DNA of 64,000 nt from assembly GCA_010093745.1 (NCBI GenBank), contig MU005990.1, positions 62,001 through 126,000 on the forward strand. The letters are read 5' to 3'. The position numbers and the translations under genes are program-made. Below are positions 47,903-57,256 of the stretch, piece by piece (the first letter of the stretch is position 1; every line of letters begins with the position of its first letter). The stretch comes from Piedraia hortae CBS 480.64. Taxonomy: Eukaryota. The notes beneath the pieces are model-generated. The model was not told the DNA's origin, ran no database searches, and worked only from the letters and a program-made list of their open reading frames with translations.

Positions 47903-49334
47903 ATGGCTTTCACAATTCGCTCTGTCTTGAGAACTGCGAAGGTATCTTTGTTTTTTGTTCACATGAACTGTACTAAATATCTAGCCCGCGCTCCGTCGTA
48001 CTTATGCCACTGAACCAGACCTTAAGACGACTCTCAGAGATGTCATCCCCGAGAAAAGGGAGCTTCTTAAGAAGGTCAAGGTGCATTCGGATAAGAGTAT
48101 TGGCCAGGTCAAGGTTGAGAACACACTTGGGGGGATGCGTGGGCTCAAGGCTATGGTCTGGGAAGGTTCCGTTCTAGATGCCAATGAGGGCATCCGTTTC
48201 CACGGACGGACCATCAAGGACTGCCAGAATGAGCTGCCCAAGGGCACGTCAGGGACCGAAATGCTCCCGGAGGCCATGTTCTGGCTGCTCTTGACCGGTC
48301 AAGTGCCTAGCACGAAGCAAGTTCGCGCTTTCAGCAAAGAACTCGCGCAGAAATCGGCTATCCCGTCTTTTGTCAACACCATGCTCGACAACTTCCCCAA
48401 AGATCTCCATCCCATGACGCAGTTTGCTTGTGCCGTGTCAGCTCTGAACCACGAGTCTGTCTTCGCACGCATGTACGAAAAGGGCATGAACAAGGCCGAC
48501 TACTGGGAACCCACATTTGACGACTGCATCTCCCTGCTGGCCAAGCTCCCCACGGTTGCCGCCAAGATCTACCAGAATGCCTACCGTGGTGGTGGGCCTC
48601 TTCCTGCCCAGGCTGATGAGAACCAGGACTGGGCCTACAACTTCGCCGCCATGCTCGGCAAAGGTGGATCGTCAAACGAGGGTTTCCAGGACCTCCTTCG
48701 GCTCTACCTTGCTCTCCATGGGGACCACGAAGGCGGCAATGTCTCCGCGCACGCGACTCATCTTGTCGGATCTGCGCTCTCTGACCCCTTTTTGTCCTAC
48801 TCTGCGGGTCTGCAAGGACTAGCCGGGCCCCTCCACGGTCTCGCTGCACAGGAAGTCCTGCGGTGGATCCTGCAGATGCAAGAAAGCCTTGGCACTAGCT
48901 ACAGTGACGGGGACATCCGATCCTACCTCTGGACGACCCTCCGCTCCGGTCGCGTTGTGCCCGGCTACGGCCACGCCGTACTGCGCCGACCGGACCCGCG
49001 CTTTGAGGCCCTCATGGACTTTGCCTCAGCGCGACCCGAAATTGCAGCCGATCCCGTCTTTACTCTTGTCAAGAAAAACAGCGAAATTGCGCCGGAAGTG
49101 CTCAAAGAACACGGGAAGACGAAGAACCCGTTCCCGAACGTTGATTCCAGCTCCGGCGTTTTGTTCCACTACTACGGTTTCCACGAAACTCTGTACTACA
49201 CTGCCACCTTTGGCGTCAGCAGAGGTCTCGGTCCCCTCGCCCAGCTTATTTGGGATAGAGCCCTGGGCCTGCCTATCGAGAGGCCTAAGAGTATTGACCT
49301 CAAGGGTTTGCTACAGCTTGCGGGGGGACATTGA
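47903..49334 (+). CDS. mcsA: Mitochondrial 2-methylcitrate synthase; intron 47942-47984
   Basis: GGMRGLKAMVWEGSVLD, LHGDHEGGNVSAH, VPGYGHAVLR, NPFPNVD and LPIERPKS. Confidence 0.93.
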
Positions 49335-50370
49335 AATGTGAATAGATATATTTCCTTGGGTTAGATTGCATGACTGCCGTAGTTCGAGTTGCGAAGATAC
49401 GTATTCGACATCTACATTGATATATGCCTACAACACATAAGGCATTCATCGTATTCACCAGCGAAGTTAGGTTCGTTGCAAGTAGGTACATTGAGCCTTC
49501 AGGGAAACACCTCAGTGTATTTTTCTATATGACCTGGGGCTCCTGTTCCATTATCTGTTCCAGTATCCCCCAGGGTATCATGTTAAGCCATTCGACCCAG
49601 CTCCTCCAAGATAGAAATGTTTTAGTAGAAGTTTGGGTACGACCTCAGGTGTAGCTAGATGTTATCGATCAACACAAATGCCATCCATCCACTTGGCTAT
49701 CCTTCTGGCTCTTCCAATTCTATGGTATCAAGAGGCCATAGAGCCATTCGTAACCACTATCATTATAGCCACTGGCCTCCCACAAGCCCACAGCAAAAAA
49801 CACAAAGGACACAAAAACATTGTCAGTCTCCCAAGCCTCACCATCCAGCCCTGCCGACGCCCCAGAACACAGTATACACCGTGCGAAATGCCTGTCTGGG
49901 TCCTGTCTAGTCAGGGAGGAAACGGATCACAGTGGCTTGGGCACCGGCAGGCTGGCCCATATGCCATTCGAACCCGCGATCAAGGATCAAATGGTTAGCC
50001 CACCCAGCTACTAACCCAATTTTAAAAGCCCAGAAGGCGGGGTACATATACTAACCTCACGAGGTGGGGCAGCCGGGGATTAGCCGGTATAACTGCCGCT
50101 TTTGGGATGATGGTGGGGTAGGTGCGGTTAGAGTTGGATCAGATGAGGGATAACCTGACATATATAAATTCCGTCTCAAGACGGCCATCAGGATGAGATA
50201 TGCATATGTTTAAGCTAAAGATAAAGTATATGCATGATCCGAGATAATGATTAGGTTTGGTCACGAGGCTTGGCACTTCAAGTCTAACTCGTGACCACAG
50301 TTCAAAATGAGGGACATGTAAAAGTTTTGGACATTGTTCATCAATTAGTACGTTTTAAGTAGCTGTAAAT

Positions 50371-50940
50371 TTAGTAGGGCGGATTAGACGCGGCCTGAAG
50401 GTATGTTGGGACACAGCTTGAGTCGCTGCCCTTCCAATAGATCTGTGGAAATCGAATTAGCATGACAACCTCTTGCACTGGCGATTCACATACCACACTC
50501 TGGCCCATGGGCCCATGGCAAATGGACCAGCCCTCAGGATCACCATTGACCGTCAAAAGGTAGCCATCACGAAAGGCAATGTTCCCTCCAGGAGCATCCG
50601 GACGTGGTGCGAAGGCGAGCTGGGAATGTTCCTTGACCGGTCCCGTGCTGTTATATTCCACTTGGGAATTTGAATGCGGCTTGCGAGCCAAAGTGTGCAG
50701 GTCGCTGTCGGTGAGCTCGAAACGTGAGAGATAGCCATAGCCGGGGCCGATCAGGCGTAGAAGGAATTCCTCCTGGTTGAAAGGATTGAAGAGCGTCGTG
50801 GCAGAAACGTTGGCAAGTTTGCTGGTGTCAGCCGATCCATCGATCTGCGTTGTCGTCACAAGGAGGAAGTCTCTCGCGTCGGTGATGAAGGTGGCGGCGG
50901 ACGCGGTGGCCACGAGGAGTGAAAGCACAGAGAATCGCAT
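50371..50940 (-). CDS. Small secreted / cell-wall protein; likely 51-nt intron 50443-50493
   Basis: Signal peptide MRFSVLSLLVATASA and a C-terminal WSIC...IYWKG....C.P motif common in fungal secreted beta-rich proteins. Confidence 0.8.
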   Translation of the reverse strand: MRFSVLSLLVATASAATFITDARDFLLVTTTQIDGSADTSKLANVSATTLFNPFNQEEFLLRLIGPGYGYLSRFELTDSDLHTLARKPHSNSQVEYNSTGPVKEHSQLAFAPRPDAPGGNIAFRDGYLLTVNGDPEGWSICHGPMGQSVVCESPVQEVVMLIRFPQIYWKGSDSSCVPTYLQAASNPPY

Positions 50941-51511
50941 GTTTTACTAGGTGAAGCTTGGAACTGGTGAAGCTTAGGGTGTCCTTTGATGCTGAGTGAG
51001 ATGACAGAGTGAAGGAAGAAGAAGCAGAGATAAAATCAACCACGGTGAACCCCCACGTCAAATGTCACCTGAAACGTTTGACATTTGACAGGCACGTGCC
51101 GGAATGAGGTCAAGGATCGAACCTTCCCAAAGGGGGTCGGAGAGGAAGCGCTACTGCAGGTGGCTGGACGTTTCAGGGTGGAATCGGCAGTTTCAGGCCG
51201 CCATCTAGATGCAGGAGGAACAAATCACGCGAGGAGTTTCAGATGGATGACATAAGACAGACCGAGTAGTTGGCAAGCTAATGGTAGCAAACAAAAGCTT
51301 TTGTAAGTCTGCACCGTGGATGCACCCAGAATCCTTGACCATCGCCATACTGCACCGCAGCACCGCGCCCCTTGAGCACGTACATACTTTATATAGATGC
51401 GGCTCATAATGGATACAACTACTGTACAGAACCAGCATTTGCTTGTTCGGCCACGGTAGAAGGTAAAATTCGTCAGGCATGACAAGACTTAGTTGTCGAC
51501 AGCAGCAGAAA

Positions 51512-52237
51512 CTACCGATTGTCGTGACCGATAGTGATGCTGCCGCTGCTACCGCGAGATCTTTTTGCCAATGCAGCCGACGATTCGGCTTTCCTCTTTT
51601 TCCCGGAGCCGGAAGCGATAGAGGACGGACCCGGGGGATCTCCTGACTGACCCTTGTCCATTGCGGCAACCTCCTCTGCGGTTAAGAATCTACCACCGGG
51701 CCCCCGAGGCCTACGCATGGCGTGTTTGTGCCTCGATTCGTGAAGGTAGGGCTTGCGGGTTTTGGAATTCACACTAAGCATTTCCTCGAGTTTTTGGCGG
51801 GCCATGCGTCGCTTGAGAATGCGGTGAAATTGCTTTGCATTGACGTACATGGGCGACTCATCGGCTGGGACAGGGGCCATGGGTTGGTGGCCGGCCTCGG
51901 AAGGGACATTCTGGGCTATGGCCATGGGCTGAGATTGAGGCTGCTGCTGACGTGGTGACTGTGGATTGACCTTCATTCGCGGGCTGGCGGCCATGACGCC
52001 CTGTGAGGCCAGCGTGTCGGCCGGCATGGAGTAGGGCGGGAAGCCCGAAGCGGCAGCGGTAGCCATTGCGGCAGCGGCCGGGTACCCGCCCTGCATAGCT
52101 GCGTAGGCCTGTTGCGTTTGGTAGCTCGGGTGGATCATCATGTGTGGCGATTGCTGGTGCGCGGCGTGGTTAAAGCTGGCATGTTGTTGACCCGTTTGCT
52201 GCGGCGAGTGTGGGTATTGGTATGGAAACGGCTGCAT
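51512..52237 (-). CDS. hapB: CCAAT-binding complex subunit HapB/Hap2 (NF-YA)
   Basis: PMYVNAKQFHRILKRR.ARQKLEE...RKPYLHESRHKHAMRRPRGPGGRFLT. Confidence 0.95.
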   Translation of the reverse strand: MQPFPYQYPHSPQQTGQQHASFNHAAHQQSPHMMIHPSYQTQQAYAAMQGGYPAAAAMATAAASGFPPYSMPADTLASQGVMAASPRMKVNPQSPRQQQPQSQPMAIAQNVPSEAGHQPMAPVPADESPMYVNAKQFHRILKRRMARQKLEEMLSVNSKTRKPYLHESRHKHAMRRPRGPGGRFLTAEEVAAMDKGQSGDPPGPSSIASGSGKKRKAESSAALAKRSRGSSGSITIGHDNR

Positions 52238-52429
52238 GCTGTATATTACGACGGTAGGGGGTCTGGACTTGGGTTTGGATCGAACTAACACGCACCGTTA
52301 AACGTCGCAGATGGAAGCGCGTGGGAGTGAGAAAAGAGGGGGGCGCGGAGCTTGGCTTTCCCTCTTTGGGATGTTATTCAAATTGACCGTAATACGTCAC
52401 GTCTTTTATGACGCCCTTCCAACGCCAAC

Positions 52430-52971
52430 TTAATAATATCGCGCCATTTCCAAGCCCGCCCTCTTAAATCCGCATTTGACGTAGAAGCCCTCGTTCAGCT
52501 CTGAGCAGTCAAGGATGCTCTTGTAGCAGCCCGTCGACTTTGCAAGGTAATCCAACGCTTGAATGATTCTTAAGCCCAGCTTCTTTCCTTGCTGGTCCTT
52601 GGTCACTGCAATGTCTTCTATGTGGCCGACTTTGCCCAGCTCGTGGATGCTTCTGCTGTTAGTAATCATGTAAAAAGATCAGTGTGTGCATACAATTTCT
52701 TCTCAACCAGCAAAGCACCTGTCCCCACGATTTTTCCTTCCCCGTTGAGAACGACCAGAATGTGATATGAGTTTGAAGATGCCATTTCATCGAACCTCTC
52801 CTGGAACTGTCCCTCGTTGATAGTCCCTACCTGAGTAAGGACCCGCAGCACATCCAGAAATCCTAGCGCGTGATCATCCCGCGAGAGAGGTCGCATAGAA
52901 TACCCCTCTGGAAGAGCAGATATGACTTCTGGGGAGATTAAAGAAGCGGAGAAGAGATGCTTTTCTGCCAT
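52430..52971 (-). CDS. GNA1: Glucosamine-6-phosphate N-acetyltransferase; intron ~52650-52693
   Basis: GFLDVLRVLT, VEKK|FIHELGKVGHIEDIAV..DQQGKKLG, GCYKSILDCS..NEGFYVKCGF. Confidence 0.96.
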
Positions 52972-53099
52972 GGTGGAAGCAAAGGGAAACTGCTGGGCCA
53001 GCAATCATTAGAGTCGCGGGGCGCCCGTTACAATTGGTGGGGCACGGGAGTGGGATTTACACGAGGCAATTCAATTGCTTCAGGACATCATAAATACAA

Positions 53100-56000
53100 C
53101 TATCCCCGAAGAGCCAGGGCTCTTCGCGCCAGATTCTCAAAATTCAACTTCTCGTGGTCTTCCGGCATGTACTCTCCGCTCGCAATACAGTGGACCTTCA
53201 TGTTTGGATGATACTTCAAACCGCTGAGCAGCTTGGGCGTGATGAGAAAGTACTGCGACGCAGATTCCTCCGAACACGCGATATCGACCATTCGGCTGTG
53301 AACCAGACGCTCGTTGCGCGGGTCCATACCTTGGTTGATTTCGTCGACCACGCGGAAGGGTGCACGGGCCATGGACTGCAGCGCCATTAGATAGAAGATT
53401 GTGCTAACAGCCCGCTCACCACCGGATTGGCGATGCGAGTCGAGAATAGACAGTGGCTCATTGTCCCTAATAATCAATTAGCATAGATGATCAACGTACC
53501 AAGGTCGACACGCACCTAAACTTGACCTTGATCTGTATGGCCCAATGCTCGAAGTCTTCGTCTTTGTGAATTCCCACTTCACCGGCACACTGGATCTTGC
53601 TGAAGTTTTCGGAAAATGCCTCGCTAATGTGACCCACGAGTTGGTCCAACTTTGGTTCCCAGCGGCCCCTGATACTTGTAATTTCCTCGTCGGTTTCGGT
53701 GAGTTCCTTATCCATGTCGTTCAACTTCGCTTTCCCAGCCTCGATCCTCTTGGCTCGTTCCTCGTACTCTTTTAGAGCTCTGGCTCCGCCGTGACCATGG
53801 TTCATTTCAATTCGCGCCTGCACAGACTCGATTTCCGTCTGCAGCTGCTCGGGGGTCCATTCGGGCATGTCGTCGTAGACCTTGTGCAGGTATTCGTCTT
53901 GCTGCATTTCTGCGGCGATGGCTCGACATTGCTGGCTCAGCTGCTTGCCATGAGCCAACGCTTGCCGGGTGGCATCGTTGAGAGTGCGGAGCTCGACTTG
54001 GAGAGTCTGGTACTGACGTCGTTCATCCTCGTTCCTTTCCTTTAGCCGTGCAAGGTCGGACTTTGCTTCGACTGAGGCCACCATCTGCTCAATCATCTGC
54101 ACGTACAGAGAGCGCATGGATTCGACAGCATTGGCGTAATCAATCACTTTCTGGCCCTTCTCCAAGTACAGCTTGTCAATCTTGTGCGTCATTGCGTTTT
54201 TCCGCTCAACGAAAGAGCGCACGCGTTCCCGTGCATCCGTCAGCTTCTGCTCTGCGCGATGAAGCTTGGGCTCCAGACCGGCAAAGTCAGACTGCTGCTT
54301 CTGCAGCCTGTTCTTTTCCTCACGAATCTCCTCTTGTTCGGTGGACAATTGTTTTTTCCTGCCGCCAAGCTCCTTGTACTCGTCGTTTAGGGCCTGTAGC
54401 CTATCCTGGGCCGTCCTCAGAGCGCGATTTGCGTCATTAGTTCGCCTTTCTAGCTCAGCGTCTTCTGTATGAGAACCAGAGACGTTTGTGAAGATCCTGG
54501 CCGGACGCAGAGCGTTGCTGCGGGTCGATGAGGCATTATATTCTCGTCGTCTGATGACCTGCCACGAGTCGGTAGCCGTGACCCAGCTGCTGATTGGGCT
54601 ATTTTGAGCCTTGAGTGCATCGAGATGTTGGGTGGAGAGAGGTTTGGAGGTGAATCCCGTGGCGTGAATGTTGCGGTTGTCACACAACATGGCCAGCACA
54701 GGCTCGGGCCCCTCGATCAGGTCCAGCACAAAGGCCTCCAAGCCAAGACCATGCAGCGTCTCTCTCGAGCACGGCGGACGGAAGTCCTCCAGCCCTCTTC
54801 GAACCGAACGCACATTGATATTCGACAGCTTCAGCTGCTTGAAGAGGGTGTTGGAGAGCATATTGAAGTCGGCCTCAGACGTCGCGGTGAATGCGGACAG
54901 TTCACTAAGCTGCACCATGGCTTCAATGGCAGCGGCGTTCTTGGGATCCTTTGGCTGGCACTCCACAATGGGCGGACCGAAAACAGGAGACTGGAACTTG
55001 TCCCTATTTTTTTGGATCCAGTCCCAACCAACTGCCGCATCCCGTGAGTGGGTGCGCAGCTTGTTGGCGAGTTGCCCAGCCTGTGTCTGCGAGTGTTCCC
55101 GCTCCTGCTCAATACGCTGGAGGTTTTGATGCTGATGCTGCACCTGCTGCTTCAGCCCGTCCGACTCCTGCTTGATTTCGTCCATTTTGCTCGTGATTTC
55201 GCGTATCTCAGTCACCTTCTCGCGCAGCTGCTCGTTGTAAGAGGCAAAATCAACCGGGGGCGGAGGGTTTTCCATGGCGTTTTTGGTCTTGCGCAGTTCC
55301 TGCTGCAGCCGTGGAAGATCCTTGGTGATCTCCTTGATGCTCTTCTTCTCCGCGTCCAGATCAGCGACGAGCGATTCGATGGTGGCCTGTTTCTCGTTGT
55401 GTTGCACCATGTGGCTCCCCGCCGTGGTCTCCGCACGAGTGACGAGGCGCGCCTTGCTTTCGACAGCGGTATTTACCTTCTCTACATACGCGCGCTGCTT
55501 CTGTTCTTCTCTGAAGTTGGGCTCAATGTCGCGCTTCAGCCGCTCCAGCGTCTCCTTTGCCTTTCGTTCCTTCTCCTTGCACTCGGCGTGGCGCGCCTTG
55601 GCAATGGTGTATTCCGTGAACGGACGTAGCTTCTCCAGCGCGGCAATGCGCTTCTGGGCCTCAGCATGTTCTCTGTAGCGCGTCACATCGGCCTCTTGCT
55701 CGTTCTGCCGCTTTTCGTGCGACGCCACCGTCTCGGCCGTGCGCTGTCGCTCGGCGTCCTTGGCCTTGCGATCCTTGTGCAGCTTTTTGAGCTTGTCGTG
55801 CCACTGCGCCATCTCTGGCGCTGCCGCTGCGCGCTGCGTCTCGATTAGAAGATTGGCGGGCGACAGGGCGGCAAAGTCAACGACTTTATCCTGCGGCAGG
55901 AACTGGCACAGGTTGTCGATCTGGATGGAAAAGCTGCGCATCAGTTTCTCCAACTGCTTGCGCGTCGCCTGCCGTCCATCTATCAGATATGTGGCCTTGT

Positions 56001-56427
56001 TCTCTGATCGCGCGATGCGACAAGTAACGACAACATTCTCCGGTTCAGACGCCAGCTCAATCTCGATTTCGGCTTTCTTGGTGCCGTTTTTGACAAATTC
56101 CGTCAGCTGTTTCGCGCGTCCGAGATGGTCGGGCTTGAAGCCAAGGCCGATGCAGATGGCGCACACCAGCGTACTCTTGCCTGTGCCGTTGGGTCCAATG
56201 ACCATATTGAGGTTCGGCCCCGGATGGAACTCTGCGCTGCTGTAGGTAACGAAATCGGCCAGTTTGACGCGCACAATCGACCCTTTCTGGTGCTTGTTCT
56301 GGCTCCGCGCCTCTGGCGACCGCCGGAAACTGTCGGGCAGCACCGCGTCTGTCCGCGCGCGCTTCGATCCATTGTCAGACTCCAAGCTGTCGCTGCGCGC
56401 CCGCCGCTGAGGAGTTACAGATGCCAT
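53100..56427 (-). CDS. SMC5: Structural maintenance of chromosomes protein 5; intron 53467-53515
   Basis: Walker [23 protein letters not shown], long coiled coils, signature [18 protein letters not shown] and [10 protein letters not shown]. Confidence 0.97.
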
Positions 56428-56560
56428 GTGTGTGATGTGCAGTGGAAATTTGACGCGAGCGCGATTTCAAATTGACCAAATGCCCGAAGGCGACGCGAGC
56501 GCGAAGCGCGAGACGCGCCAGTCATAATCCTTACGTCTGCGTCATAATTAACCCTATGTT

Positions 56561-57201
56561 GACGTACCCGTGTCAGGATCTCAGTCCCACTTTCAGTCAC
56601 GTGGTCTCGGCACGTCCCGCTCGGCACGGCCCGTGAAACCCTACAACACCGAGACATTTGCCCTTTTGGCCTTTACGCGTTGTTCTCGTCTCTTAGGCAA
56701 TATAGAGTAGCGCACACCGCTTAGCTCCGTCCCTTGTGCCCTCCGGCCTCTCGGGCCTGACAACCCGGACAGTAACCGGATAACTTATCCTAACCCTATC
56801 TAGATTGTCATCTACTCCTGCAAGCGCTGGCGAGATATTCTATATATCTGTTATGCACACTTTGTAGAAGCTTGACAATCTTCTGATGCCAAAACTGCAT
56901 TCTTTAAGGCTGTTTTATGGCGAAATTCCGCTTGGTTGACGCTTTATGCAAACGTACCAAAACTATTGGTCGCATAGCATTCGGGTCACCTAATGGTCGG
57001 AAACCAGCGGAATTTTGCTAAAACCCATAGCCATATGCTTCCGTATTTATATATCTGAATAGCTACAGGACCAAGCAATGTTTCTACCAACTCTCAGAAG
57101 ATTTAACCAGTTGTTGCAAGTAAAAACGAGAATTGAGATGATTTGGGTAGTTAGGGTTAGGATAAATGATCCGGCTACTGTCCTGACCCGATTACTGTCC
57201 G
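56561..57201. mobile_element. Non-autonomous TIR element (MITE/foldback, Mutator- or hAT-like) containing the nested solo LTR
   Basis: Left GGACAGTAACCGGATAACTTATCCTAACCCTATCTA (from ~56767) matches the reverse complement of the right end, GGACAGTAGCCGGATCATTTATCCTAACCCTAACTA (to ~57183). Further inner inverted matches exist. Flanking direct repeat CCTATGTT at 56553-56560 and 57202-57209. Confidence 0.7.
56571..56762. mobile_element. Solo LTR (copy 2), 5-bp TSD ACCCG
   Basis: TGTCA...TGACA termini flanked by ACCCG at 56566-56570 and 56763-56767. Homologous to 24892-25063. Confidence 0.92.
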
Positions 57202-57256
57202 CCTATGTTACACCTACATCACGGAAGCTGTTGCAGCTTAAAATCTCAACTTCTCC

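Noticed and set aside
259..56475. Numerous antisense or alternate-frame ORFs overlapping real genes (e.g. 39914-40711, 45332-46039, 55048-55629)
   Set aside because: Expected shadows of GC-rich coding sequence.
57145..57165. TTAGGGTTAG next to POP1 as a telomerase RNA template or telomere remnant
   Set aside because: It is mirrored at ~56789 as part of the terminal inverted repeats, and the gap is too short for a filamentous-fungal TER.
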